Below, piece by piece: positions 24,481 to 37,391 of a stretch of DNA of 64,000 nt. Source of the stretch: Macrostomum lignano (lineage: Eukaryota); assembly GCA_002269645.1 (NCBI GenBank), contig NIVC01000355.1, forward strand, positions 122,956 through 186,955, in the 5' to 3' direction. The position numbers were made by a program, and so were the translations under genes. The notes below the pieces were generated by a model. It made no database searches. It saw nothing but the letters and a program-made list of their open reading frames with translations, and was not told where the DNA came from. Position 1 is the first letter of the stretch; each line of letters opens with the position of its first letter.

Positions 24481-27139
24481 GTATTAAAAGCAGAACATAT
24501 TATACGTTAACGCTATGTATGTACATGTACTGTTTGTGTGTTAGAATGAATATTTAGATATTATAACGGTATAACAATTTTCATAAAAAGTCGAAGCTCT
24601 TAGATTTGACATTTATGGTTCAAAGTTCCTATTTGGTTTAAAAATTCTTTCCTGTCCTAGATAAAAAATCCTAGCAACGCTACAATAGTAACCGTCGTTT
24701 CGTGTGAATTTAAATTTCTCTTACTTTGACTGGCCTCGCTGACACCTACCACGTGTTTGATACAGAAAGTGGTAGTGCCAGAAAGTGATATTAATAGTCA
24801 CGCACTAAATAAGATTTGCAAATCGAATCTAGAAGAAAAAATCGTTTAGTGATTGAATAAAGTCATGTCTTTATTAAATTCCGTTTTTGCAATACTTATG
24901 CAGTAGTCTAGTAATCAAGCTGTCAACCATAACAATACTTATACATAATATTGTGAATGTGATAAAGAGTGAATGATTTAAGTTTAGGTAAGCATTTTAA
25001 CAGTTTTGTTTGTGTTTATTTCAAATTTTAGTACTTATGATCTTTAAAGTATCTTTAAGTAAATTCAATTTTTGTTCAATAACATTTTTGTTTTCTTTCT
25101 AATAAAGGGGGCAAAGCCAAATAAAACTATATGTTAAATAATAAATATTATATTTTTGTAGTATTGTTTTTTTGTAATATTACTTAATATTTATTTATTA
25201 AATATTATTAATATTATTATACTTAATTAGTTATTATTTAACACAATATTTTTGTTATATTTTTTGTCTTTAGAGACAAAAATACTTTGTAATTAGTCAT
25301 CATAGAATTTGTATTAAATTAATTATTATTGTGTTTTAAAAAAACTTCTGGCCAGACTCTGGTGAATTAAATTGAATTGCAGCTAGTCCAGTACGATTAG
25401 GAAGAATTCAACAAGATGAATATACCTGGTATATCTGATTACATAGAATAAAAATTGGTGTTTAAGCATATTGCTACAAGCATATTTGTAGAATTTTCTT
25501 TAAAAACTGGAATGCAGTTCATGCATAAATGGTAATTGTATAAAGAATTTTACAAAAATAATTTGTCTATTCTTCTATATTTAAAATCCTTTCCAGTGGT
25601 ACATCAATTATTTTCAAAACAAAACTGAATGATAAGAATTGTAATAGTAGTATATACCCAATATGAATTGTTTTTCTTAAATTATCCACTTGCTAATTAT
25701 AGATCGTGACCAAAGATTTATAATATACACTTTTCTATGCTTGAAGATATTGCATATATTGCATAATGCCAGAAAGAAAATTCAGATGCTAGACAAGGCA
25801 TTGAAAAAAATTATAGAAAATATTGTCAACTTCTTTCTGCAGATTAGGTTTTCTTATAGGTGTGCAGTCTTTTGAGATCCCTAGAATTCAGCCTGGCTAT
25901 GGTGGGATTAGACTAATGTTAACAGATCTACTCCATCCCGACTCTGCAATATCACTAGGGATAATTAGCTGGGCTTTGTGTGCTTCCTTGAGTGGATCTG
26001 GGAGATGTCTCTGTCACTCTATCCCTCCCTCCTCCCAATCTTTTTGAAGGACAGAGAAAGGATCTGGCGAGGCATCTATTTATAGTACAGACTTGAGCAC
26101 TGTTCGCCATTCTCATTTCCTCTGATGCTCACTCTCTCTCTCTCTCTTTCACCCACGCACGCATGAATTGTACTATCGTGTTCAACATTTTTCTCGTGAC
26201 ATTTAGATTTTAAGGGTTTTTAAGAAGTACTTAGATTTAGTACCACTTAGTGGCTACATATGCCCAGCCTGTGATGGCATGTCGCCGACGCGTGTCCTTT
26301 GAAGCAGACCAGATGGAAACTGACGCCAATTTCAGCTGCTTCACCCTGCGGGAAATCCCCAATCTCTGAGCTCCGCCCCTCTTTTAATCCCAGCTCCATC
26401 CTCCGCTTCGCCTCTCCCCCCCCCCCCCTAGGGGAAGATGGAATTAAAGCCGAGAAAAGGGGGAGAACTGCAGGGCGAGACGAGAGAAAGAAGGAGAACC
26501 ACGAAATCGGATACAAGAAGACTTGGCAGGGAGCCAAAAATCGAGCCGCAGTTCAAACACGAGTGCTCCGAGCGCGTGTGGAAAAAGAACTTTCCTCATG
26601 TAGGACTCGTGGCTGTTCGAGTATGGCCATGAAAGTTTGAGCCGCAGCAGCAGTCAATGAAGTTTAGGCTGACAATTCGTGACTTTCAGTTTGCCAGCCA
26701 CTTCAGTGTGCAGAGGGGCAGGGAGAACACTATCAGCTGTGTTGATAAACGGATATTAAACCTCTAACGGATAGTGCGCAAGTCCAGCGTTTATTTAGAA
26801 TTTATAAAAAGAACTAAAAGGTGGCACTTTCCACGTTTAACCTTTTTAACACCCTGTTGAAGGTCCCGATTCGATTCATTGGACCACCGGAGAAAATCGG
26901 AGTTCAATTTTCACCTATATTTTGGTAACTCTAAATGAACAGCCCCTGATTTGAATTGAAATCTGGAGTTTGAAATTAGACAACATCAGTTTTTAATGAG
27001 CTCGCCGAGCTCTGCTGCGAATCCGGGACACGATATACTACACTGCATGGTTGTATGAGCGCGACATCGACCCTGATTTTACGATCATCAGGCATGTACA
27101 CATTCCGCCAAGGAGGATTATCTTTCGTGGGAGCTCAAA

Positions 27140-27270
27140 GACCCCGTAGCCCAGTGCTTAGCGCGGCGCACTGAAGTGCCAGCGGCCCAGGCTCGATTCC
27201 AACTACAGTCGCATTATTTTGGGGCTCAGGACGCCTTACCACTGAGCTATCCGACCTGAAAAGGGGGTTA
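27140..27270. mobile_element. SINE family A 5' head fragment joined to an oppositely oriented tRNA-like head
   Basis: GACCCCGTAGCCCAGTGC...GGCTCGATTCC on the + strand, then the reverse complement of GGTCGGATAGCTCAGTGGTAAGGCGTC. Confidence 0.55.
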
Positions 27271-28309
27271 TATTCTTAATTATGAGTACAAAGCAATCAG
27301 TTACACGCGAAGCAGTATTGGAGATTGATCATAAAGTAGGAAGAACTCAACCATCAACTATAACTTCAATCATTGAGATAACCTCAACCATCATTACATT
27401 GTAATCGGATAGTCTGGACATTCGACGCAACCAATACATTGTCAGCGTCCATCCAATGAAAATCAGTTTGGCATCGTTTCCAAATATCACGACAGCTCGT
27501 ATAGCCAATGGTTGTCTAGAAATTAAAGCTTTTATATTTGGCTAGTTGCCAACTTTTCAACGTGTAGAACTGTCTTGAGTAATTGTGAGTTCTCAAACTT
27601 TGCAAAGTATATAGATTGCTATTGCGTGTTCGTTTGCTTTTATAGTCTTGCTTACCTGAGGTCCTGTAGGATTTAAAGCATTTTAACTACTTCCTTGCAG
27701 AACAGTCGCACCTTTTGCAAAATCGCTCCCGAGAATCGACCCCATAATTGCTGCTGAAAGTTTCCCTACCTCTAGAACCAATTGAATGAGAATCTTCCAG
27801 TTTTACTCGTAGAATCTCTTCAGAGAATCGCCCACTTCCATACAGACAAGTCGTCCCGCTTCCCGACAACTGGTAAGCTTTCAAAATCGCCCAAGGAAAA
27901 TCTCTTGCAAAGATAGCTAGAATATTCCCCAATAAATGGCCTAATCACCGGGATTCCTCCCGAGAGGTTTTCCACCGCCAGTTTTTCCTACGACATTTCG
28001 CTGTCAAGATTTGGTAATATGCACATCAGGGATTCTAAGTCTGAGTTCTAGGGCCCAGGGCCAAAACTCCGTAGTTGTTACACTACTACAGCTTCTAGGA
28101 TTTTTTTATACGCGAAGATAAGTTATAGATACTAGCACTTACGAGAATGTATGTACATGTACATTAAAATCTCATTATGATTCTCGGCCACGAAGCAAGA
28201 GAAAACTTGAAGGGCACCAATGGACTCAAAGGCGCTAGATTTACTTGTGGGCAACCCTCCTGCAATATATCATGCGATACTCTCTCCTCTTTCCAGAAAC
28301 CCTCTTTTG

Positions 28310-29615
28310 GGAAACCCTCCTGCGGGACACCCTCCTGCGGTAAATACTCCTGCGGGAAACCCTCCTGCGGGACACCCTCCTGCGGTAAATACTCCTGTGG
28401 GAAACCCTCCTGCGGCACACCCTCCTGCGGTAAATACTCCTGCGGGAAACCCTCCTGCGGGAAACCCTCCTGTGGTAAATACTCCTGCGGGAAACCCTCC
28501 TGCGGCACACCCTCCTGCGGTAAATACTCCTGTGGGAAACCCTCCTGCGGGAAACCCTCCTGCGGTAAATACTCCTGTGGGAAACCCTCCTGCGGGAAAC
28601 CCTCCTGCGGTAAATACTCCTGTGGGAAACCCTCCTGCGGCACACCCTCCTGCGGTAAATACTCCTGCGGGAAACCCTCCTGCGGTAAATACTCCTGTGG
28701 GAAACCCTCCTGCGGTAAATACTCCTGCGGGAAACCCTCCTGCGGGAAACCCTCCTGCGTGAAACTCTCCTGCGGGAAACTCTCCTGCGGGACACCCTCC
28801 TGCGGTAAATACTCCTGTGGGAAACCCTCCTGCGGCACACCCTCCTGCGGTAAATACTCCTGTGGGAAACCCTCCTGCAGTAAATACTCCTGCGGGAAAC
28901 CCTCCTGCGGGAAACCCTCCTGCGGGAAACCCTCCTGCGTTAAATACTCCTCCAGGAAACCCTCCTGCGGTAAATACTCCTGCGGGAAACCCTCCTGCGG
29001 GAAACCCTCCTGTGGTAAATACTCCTGCGGTAAATACTCCTGTGGGAAACCCTCCTGCGGAAAACCCTCCTGTGGTAAATACTCCTGCGGTAAATACTCC
29101 TGCGGGAAACCCTCCTGCGGGAAACCATCCTGCGGAAAACCCTCCTGTGGTAAATACTCCTGTGGTAAGTACTCCTGCGGTAAATACTCCTGCGGGAAAC
29201 CCTCCTGCGGAAAACCCTCCTGTGGTAAATACTCCTGCGGAAAACCCTCCTGTGGTAAATACTCCTGCGGGAAACCCTCCTGCGGTAAATACTCCAGTGG
29301 GAAACCCTCCTGCGGGAAACCCTCCTGCGGAAAACCCTCCTGTGGTAAATACTCCTGCGGTAAATACTCCTGCGGGAAACCCTCCTGCGGTAAATACTCC
29401 TGCGGGAAACCCTCCTGCGGGAAACCCTCCTGTGGTAAATACTCCTGTGGTAAATACTCCTGTGGTAAATACTCCTGCGGTAAATACTCCTGCGGTAAAT
29501 ACTCCTGTGGTAAATACTCCTGTGGTAAATACTCCTGTGGTAAATACTCCTGCGGTAAATACTCCTGCGGTAAATACTCCTGCGGTAAATACTCCTGCGG
29601 GAAACCCTCCTGTGG
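28310..29615. repeat. 15-bp minisatellite (CCTCCTGCGGGAAAC / ACTCCTGYGGTAAAT), ~1.3 kb
   Basis: Stop-free 15-mer units generate long repetitive ORFs on both strands. Confidence 0.97.
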
Positions 29616-30351
29616 GAATCGCACCGAGTGTAATTAGGCCCCTAATAATCTGATATTTAAACTTGAATGAAAGCAATTTCGATACTTAAATTGTAAATTG
29701 TACTAATCATTGGCCGAAAATGTCTATTGAATAGTAAAACCAGTATAGACTCATGAACCTACTGTTAGTAGCACGTTATGTTAAGAAAGACTTTTTTATC
29801 CCAAATATTGTCCGAATTTCCGCAATAAAAAAGTACTTGTACAAAAAACCATGACTGTAGCAATGTACGAAGTCCCTGGGCAAGTTGTATTAGAGAAAGA
29901 AACAAATCAAATCTCAGCATTGCGAAGACAGAATTATTGCGCTGTGGCCCATTCTTTCCCTCCAACAGTATCGTAGTCGCTTTGACGGCTCGTCCATTAC
30001 CTTTACGCCTTGTCGGAGCTTTCACAGTAAAAGTAGCGGCTTTGTAGTAATTGTAACAATTCGATGTGCAGTTTAGCTAAATAGTAAGTAAAGTTACTAA
30101 CATTATTAATAAAATATATGCCCTATATCAAGGAACTGGGTCTGTCTACAAGGGCCTTCTAGACAAGAAAGGTGACCTGACTTCTTTGCGGGTCATTTTT
30201 CCTTTTCCCACCGTCTGCATCAACAGCCACTCTAGTGGTCACAGCGCATTCACTGTGCTTCCATTATTAAAGGTCTCCTTTTGGGAGGCTTCCAGTTTCT
30301 TCCTGAGTCGCTTTCGATAAATGGTACTGCTTTTCTTTATCTAACCAATCC

Positions 30352-30512
<161 letters not shown>

Positions 30513-30849
30513 ACCACATATTGCGTACTTTTTCGTTATTGTACTATTATACGTTAGTTGCTGCGCTATACATCTTGTTGTATATAGGAATTAAATTTAT
30601 GCTTCACTCAGAGCCATATCTATTCAATAGATTTTCTCTGGTTTCTATAGATTCTACTATTAGAAAGTGACGATGCGCCATATGTGAGTCTTGTTATCTT
30701 TCGTTTATCTAGCCATTTTCATCACAAATCTGTCTCTCTGATCTCTGTCTTTCTGAGCCGCGCCGTTGATGCTTTAATTTAACAGCATACTGTCTGCCTT
30801 TGCACTGAATGCTGAATGATCAGGACAAAGTGGGACTGCGGCGGTCTAC

Positions 30850-31435
30850 TGTAGTAGCAAAGGACAGTTGAGGACACCCTGAAGTAGCAAAAGACTGTTG
30901 AGGACACCCTGAAGTAGCAAAGGACAGTTGAGGACACCCTGAAGTAGCAAAGGACAGTTGAGGACACCCTGAAGTAGCAGAGGACAGTTGAGGACACCCT
31001 GAAGTAGCAGAGGACAGTTGAGGACACCCTGAAGTAGCAGAGGACAGGTGAGGACACCCTGAAGTAGCAGAGGACAGTTGAGGACACCCTGAAGTATCAG
31101 AGGACAGTTGAGGACACCCTGAAGTATCAGAGGACAGTTGAGGACACCCTGAAGTAGCAGAGGACAGTTGAGGACACCCTGAAGTATCAGAGGACAGTTG
31201 AGGACACCCTGAAGTAGCAGAGGACAGTTGAGGACACCCCGAAGTAGCAGAGGACAGGTGAGGACACCCTGAAGTAGCAAAGGACTGTTGAGGACACCCT
31301 GAAGTATCAGAGGACAGTTGAGGACACCCTGAAGTATCAGAGGACAGTTGAGGACATACTGATGTAGCAAAGGAGTGTTGAGAACACACAGAGGTAGCAA
31401 AGGACAATTGAGGACACACTAAAGTAGCGAAGGGT
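30850..31435. repeat. 30-bp minisatellite (GAGGACACCCTGAAGTAGCAGAGGACAGTT)
   Basis: About 19 tandem units. Confidence 0.96.
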
Positions 31436-32228
31436 AGTTCATACATAGCTCGTATATTCGTACATACATAAATACATATACTGATAATTCAAATGCAGAA
31501 ATTAATAAACAACTATATAGCATAATCGACAATGCATCGAAGCTACATACAGAAATACACTAGTATACATATCGTTCTCCGATAGATACAGTGTATATTT
31601 ATACATGAATCCGACAATAGATACGTTGTAGATGCATCGACACCCAAATACAATGGTACAGGCATAAAAATTTAAGCTAGGCACAATATATATACTCAGC
31701 AGCATTGAAACCGCCACCCTAGACCACTGACAGAGCAGCAGTTGACTTCAGCTCACTACACTGCAATTATGCAAGATTTTCCAACTCTCGCTCAGGCGCA
31801 CTGGGTCTTGGGATGGCAGTTCTCAATGTTGCTGAGTATACCGGTAGATGTCGTAGAGCATATAAATGACTTTATGAGTTGAGGTCAGTATTTTTATTTC
31901 TTTAGGCAGGGTTGAACTGCATAAAAGAACTGCTCACAGGGAAGTGAGTAAAGGCAGTGAAGAGTAGATTATGAAGAGTTCAGATCCGAGAATGCAGAGA
32001 GGCAAAGCGAATGCAGACAGTCAGTGGGAGGATGTGGTTAGAGCGTTCGAGTATAAAGTTCGCTAGGCAGAGAATTATATTGTAAAATTCGGTGGCTGCA
32101 CTACTGCGTCTGTTTTGCAAGTTTTATACTATTATTGCCAAGATCTGGCCTTGCAGTAGTCCAGCCCAGTTGGCAATTAGAAATTCTCTATCTAGTCTTA
32201 TTTATAGATAGCCCTGCCTGGCCTCCAT

Positions 32229-35200
32229 CAGTGTTTTTTTTTTCGCTGTTGATTAGTACCCGAATTGGGGTATCAAGCCTCTGAGTAGTACCCCATTTTG
32301 GAGGAGTAATACCCCATGAAATTTCTAATTTTGCCTCTGTAGTTTACTTGAATTCTTAGAAAAATTGATTCTGGCGCAGTCAAATAACTTAATCAAGACT
32401 ATATTCAGAGTTAAAACACAGCTGCTAATGTTTGACTGCATTCTTGTGTCTTTCGTTGAAGGCTGAACAAGCTAGATTTCGAAATTTCAAGTAAATTAGA
32501 TGGCGTTGCAGTATCGCATTGACAAGGGAAAAGTTACGTGTAGTTTACTGTTGAAAAATGAATAAATAGAAAGTAACGCATTGGCATTGTCATCGATGCA
32601 TAATTGAAAAATGAGTAAATAATAAAGCAGCGCATTGGCATTTTCACAGATGCATAATTGAAAATTGTACCATGACCTTTGTGCCCGCTGGGCACTTATT
32701 CTTGCCTTTTAATGCCATAGACTACATTTAAGCCCGCTTGCTGGAGTCAAACTTACTAATGCAAATTAGCGGGCAGTTAATGACATTAAACGCCCGATTG
32801 TCTATGCCAAACTTACTTTAATGCAAATTAGGACACAAATGTCTATGGCACAATAATAGTAATACCCATGCCTTTAAAGCATGGGTATTAATGTACTAAT
32901 GAGTAAATAATAAAGCAGCGCATTGCATTTTCATAGATGAATAATTAAAAAATTAGTAAATAGAGTAGTGCATTGGCATTGTCATTTTGATCAGCAAAAT
33001 CACTCATCACCGCCATCGCCGATCCACCAACCACACCGTTCGTCATCAGAACTATCCAAGTCCACGTCACTTTTGTCAAGCTGTTGCTCATCATCCATGG
33101 CGCCTGAAGTTTGTTTAGTTTCAGCTGCTGTTAAGACGGTGACTTCTGCAGCCGCGCCTGCAGAAGAATGGCCAGATGTTTTCGTGTGCCCTGCAACTGA
33201 AAACTTAGCGTAGCGGCCTCGCTTAAGCAGTGGTGAATTATCGACACTGTTCTGGCGGCGGGTCTCAGGTGCCTTGTACGTTGACCAGATCATGAGAGCC
33301 TTCTCGTAATCGAAATTCTCAAGAGGCGTATCATCGAGCACAATGCGCATCTGCTCATCCAGCTTGTAAGTAGTCCATCGATTACGCAGCTTGGTTTTGA
33401 TGTTGTTGTGCACACTGAAGCCGCGCTCAACTTCACCATTTGAAGAGTCAAAAGAGAGCAGCACCTCTGCGAGCTTGCACAAATTGGGAAATAATTCTCG
33501 ATCTGTGGCGATGTCGTACAAAGAGTCCGACCAGCTACTCTTCATTCGCATTTGCCTCTTCGCCGTTAAGAACTCGTCAACCGCCTCATTCTCATCGATA
33601 TCTAGCAAGCTGCTAAAATGACTTAGAAGTAGCCTCAGCTGCTCATCACCATATGCGGGCAGATCCTTCGGCATCATGTCGCGGTAGATTTCGGGTTTGA
33701 AAATTCCAGTAGCGCGAATAACATTGTTATTTGCATCAGATCTGTCTCGTAGACTCTGACAGATCTTTGAGACAAGCTGAACAACATCTTCCTGCACAAC
33801 AGCGCTGACTGCACCAAAAGCATTTAGCGCGTCGTCATCTTGAATGAGAATGCTCCGTTCCTCCAAGTCTCCCTTCGCAAACTCCGAGACAATCTGTTGA
33901 TAGTTTTTTCCTCCGATGACGCCATCGCACAGGTACATCTCGGTAAGCGTGGCTATGCAGCTCTTAATCCATGAGAATGCGTCCAGTGGATGAACATTCC
34001 GTACCTGCAACTGCTTGCAAAGAACCTCAAGAGGCACGAGTACATCCATCAGATGATGCAGCATGAGCAAAAACTCAGTGGACGTCACTCGCTTAAAAAG
34101 ACCAATGGCTGAATCTTCGTTGGTTGCTGCATCCTTTAGGAACAACTGAATTGCTTTTAGATTTCGAACCAGCGAGCGAATAACACTTACTCGCGATAGC
34201 CAACGAATCTCGAAAATCCTAGAAATACTTGTGACAGTCTCACCGATGACTTCTCCAACCTTTTTCAGCTGTTTCGTGTGCTTTGCAGTATGGAGATAAC
34301 GGATGAGGTCACGAATGCGGCTCTCAAACTCGACAAACTTAACTATGCTGTCGAATGCATCATTGATTGATAGTGCCTGGCGGTGTGCGAGACAATGGAA
34401 TTCAACGATGTGAGGAACTATTCGCTTCAGCCGAGCTACGACGCCGTTACGTGCACCCAGCATGACACTGGCTCCATCCGATACGCACATGACACATTTA
34501 GAAATGTCAACGTTTTCCTGCTGAAAAGCGCTCACCACAGCACTTGATATTGAGTCAGCGTCTGTCGCCCCAAGCTCGATCAGCTTGAAAAATTTATGAA
34601 GAAGCTTGCGCTGCTCAATATCCGGGTATTGCACATAAATGAGCAACTTCTTGGTTGATGTAATGTCTGTGCTTTCATCAATATGGATGGTGAAACAAGC
34701 CGCGCTGCGCAGCTGCTCAAGATCCTTTAGAAGCACAGTCTTTGCAAGTGCAAAAGCAAACTGTCGGGTCGACCAATTCGAAGCGTGATCAGCAGTTAGC
34801 AATGCCACATCTACGCCAGTACGAGCACAAATGAATTTGACTTCATTTGAAATCAGTTGATGCACCTGTGTAGTTCTGTGCTGAGAGATGAGGTTCTTTG
34901 CTGTAAAGTGTACAGCATGTAATTTCGACAAAAGCGCAGTGCTTTGCTGGTCCGTCATCTGTACAATCTTCTTAGTAATCACCTCCTTTGGTCGCTGATA
35001 CTGCGCCTCTTTAGCTCTTACATGCGTGTCGCTTTCTTCGTGTTGTTGCAGCTGCTTTCTTGTCCATCCTTCTTTCCAAGCTGTTAGAACACTCTTCGTT
35101 GACTTCCAGTGGCCACATGCATGCTCAACACAATATTTGCAGGTAACAGTGTTACTAGCTGCATCGAATCTTGCCCATTTGAAATCTGCTAGCCACTTCG

Positions 35201-36054
35201 TTAAAAACTTTCGTCGAGTTTGCTGTTGACCTTGCATCTCTTCCGTTAATTGTGCATTCCGCTGCTCTCCTGTCGACTGCGCAACTTGTAGTTCTCCGGC
35301 TGCAGCAGTTTCTACCGCATCTGACTCATCTTCGCGTATGCGCTTTTGTGGCCTTATAAGCCACTTATCCATAAGTAATACTGTTACTTACTAACTCACT
35401 TACTTAGTTACTTACTAGCTTAGTAATTTGGTAAAAGTAAATCGATAAAAATTGTAGTTGAAAGTTTAAGATTGGATTCAGAAGTTTGTCTCTGTGATTG
35501 CGATCTTACCAAGCATTCCCCTTTGTTACATTTATACGAGTAGGATCGAAAAAACTGTTCGCATCTGTCCTCCGTACATTCAATTCTCTCTACAATACCC
35601 AAAACGTACTAAGTACTAACCCATCCCCCTGCCCACTGACGCACAAAGTATAAATCCTTGTTCTTGGTCTGTCTGTCTCTTTGTCTCTTTTGCTCTGCGG
35701 GCCGTGTGGGACATGCGCCCACCCCAAGGCCGAGCCAGTCCGAGGAGCTGAGAGTTGGGTTGAGCAAGACTGAAAAATCTAATTCCAAGTTTCCAATTCC
35801 AACCCTCTCTCACTTTTAGCCTGACAGTCTGACTCACCACACGAGTGGATATACCTTAGTACAAAGACCCATACCAGCCCAGTCAGAATTTTAATTGAAC
35901 AGCTAATTTTAGAAAAAAAAAGATTAACTTGTTTGAATTGAATTGAAGTCGAAAAAATAGTACCCCATTCTGGGGTATTAATGGGCAAAATATTACCCCA
36001 AATCAGTTGACTAATACCCCATGGGGTACTAATTGGGGTAAAAAAAAAACCCTG
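32229..36054 (-). mobile_element. Full-length hAT DNA transposon, 3826 bp
   Basis: TIRs CAG(T/G)GTTTTTTTTT at both ends, perfect 8-bp TSD GCCTCCAT (32221-32228 and 36055-36062), subterminal TACCCCAT motifs, and an intact transposase ORF. Confidence 0.93.
33000..35372 (-). CDS. hAT transposase (ZNF862/KIAA1586-like), 790 aa, uninterrupted
   Basis: N-terminal Zn finger (W...D...VTCKYC...HEESDTH); DDE triad in IHIDESTD, VSDGASVM and SNGEVERGFS; CxxH motif (HCLAHRQAL); IRWLSR; C-terminal dimerisation region. Confidence 0.92.
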   Translation of the reverse strand: MDKWLIRPQKRIREDESDAVETAAAGELQVAQSTGEQRNAQLTEEMQGQQQTRRKFLTKWLADFKWARFDAASNTVTCKYCVEHACGHWKSTKSVLTAWKEGWTRKQLQQHEESDTHVRAKEAQYQRPKEVITKKIVQMTDQQSTALLSKLHAVHFTAKNLISQHRTTQVHQLISNEVKFICARTGVDVALLTADHASNWSTRQFAFALAKTVLLKDLEQLRSAACFTIHIDESTDITSTKKLLIYVQYPDIEQRKLLHKFFKLIELGATDADSISSAVVSAFQQENVDISKCVMCVSDGASVMLGARNGVVARLKRIVPHIVEFHCLAHRQALSINDAFDSIVKFVEFESRIRDLIRYLHTAKHTKQLKKVGEVIGETVTSISRIFEIRWLSRVSVIRSLVRNLKAIQLFLKDAATNEDSAIGLFKRVTSTEFLLMLHHLMDVLVPLEVLCKQLQVRNVHPLDAFSWIKSCIATLTEMYLCDGVIGGKNYQQIVSEFAKGDLEERSILIQDDDALNAFGAVSAVVQEDVVQLVSKICQSLRDRSDANNNVIRATGIFKPEIYRDMMPKDLPAYGDEQLRLLLSHFSSLLDIDENEAVDEFLTAKRQMRMKSSWSDSLYDIATDRELFPNLCKLAEVLLSFDSSNGEVERGFSVHNNIKTKLRNRWTTYKLDEQMRIVLDDTPLENFDYEKALMIWSTYKAPETRRQNSVDNSPLLKRGRYAKFSVAGHTKTSGHSSAGAAAEVTVLTAAETKQTSGAMDDEQQLDKSDVDLDSSDDERCGWWIGDGGDE

Positions 36055-36654
36055 GCCTCCATTGGCGTGCACATGCATGCATGCATATGTAGATCTAGGC
36101 GGCGTCTGCCTGTGCTGGCCTATATAGAGGCCATGCCATGTGCAAAGACGAACCGTATAATTTCAACGATGCGCGCAAATTGCACTGCATATGCTTTGGG
36201 CGGTTGCCGCTATAAAACTCCCGCCTATGTTATATGGTCTGGTGTGCGTCCGACATTGCCGTCTCTCTCCCTCTCTCTCCTTCTCTGTCTGAACTGCAGT
36301 ATTAAGGCCTGCTGCACCAGCTATAGTGAAGGATTTCAAGCATCCTCCCTCATTCCCGAGGGCGAAAAAATGGTAGCTATCTAGGCTCTATAGCTATCTA
36401 GACGGGACTGGGCTGGACTATCACTATATACCGAGTTGCAATTATGCTGCTTGTGTTCGTATAGTATTGGCGCCCAGTGCAAAAAAGAACAATCAATATT
36501 CAGCTGTTTGTGGGATGGGGGAGAGGCTGCGTGCACAGTTTCCAGCTGACTGATGATGTAGCTATGGATTGCTTTTTGTTATTGAATAGCTATAACGGCG
36601 CTTGAATGAACTGTATGCAAAATTTCATGCTAAGGGTAGGGGAAGTTGGAGGGG

Positions 36655-36852
36655 TAGAGAATTGGAGTAGAATCATTAGGTAGAGAATTGGAGTAGAATC
36701 ATTAGGTAGAGAATTGGAGTAGAATCATTAGATAGAGAATTGGAGTAGAATCATTAGCTGTAGAGAATTGGAGTAGAATCATTAGGTAGAGAATTGGAGT
36801 AGAATCATTGGAGTGAGTCCGACGCTCTAAGCACTAGGCTACAACCCAAAGC

Positions 36853-36893
<41 letters not shown>
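36655..36893. repeat. ~26-bp repeat (TAGAGAATTGGAGTAGAATCATTAGG) followed by a tRNA-like SINE head fragment and (CAA)n
   Basis: Tandem units at 36655-36810; (CAA)n at ~36850-36893. Confidence 0.85.
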
Positions 36894-36964
36894 ATCTCAA
36901 TAGCATACTATATTACCATGCCGGCGTATGACATAGGAAAAGAAGAGCATGAGATGTGTAGATT

Positions 36965-37330
36965 TATGTCTTCTTCTTTTGCCATAGCCGTCATGGCCGC
37001 GGGTGCACCGATTCATGCAGCAGCTTCCGCCACCACTGCCTATCATTCACTGCTCTTTTTAACCTATCCCATTGTCCATCGGGTCTATTCGTTCAAGTCA
37101 TCTTCCCACTGGCTTTTCGGTCTTCCTCTTCTTTTTTCTCTTTGAATACAGACATTTGCCATGGCTCCCTTCCTCGTATGATGTCCGTAATTGAGCTTCC
37201 TCCGCTTGATGATCTCCTCCGCAGATTCTGGTTCCTTTCCCAATACCTCCTTCATGTTTTTCCAAACGCAGACATTTGTCTTCTTTTCTCTTTCCATGAA
37301 ATCCTTAGCATTCTTATGTAACATTTCATT
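36965..37330 (-). mobile_element. 3' remnant of an RTE-clade LINE
   Basis: IIKRRKLNYGHHTRKG...EKRRGRPKSQWEDDLNE, then RAVNDRQWWRKLL in another frame, which is the typical RTE RT C-terminus. Short (GAA)-rich tail. Confidence 0.7.
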
Positions 37331-37391
37331 TCAAAAGCTTTAAGTGTCTCCATAGTTTTCTTCCCCAGAGTCCAGATCTCGCACCCATTGA

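Noticed and set aside
25940-26800. GC-richer, CT-repeat-containing segment (similar ones at ~44800-45300 and ~50340-51800) as a solo LTR or unannotated gene
   Set aside because: No TG...CA ends with TSD, no paired copy, and no convincing ORF or splice structure could be established by eye.
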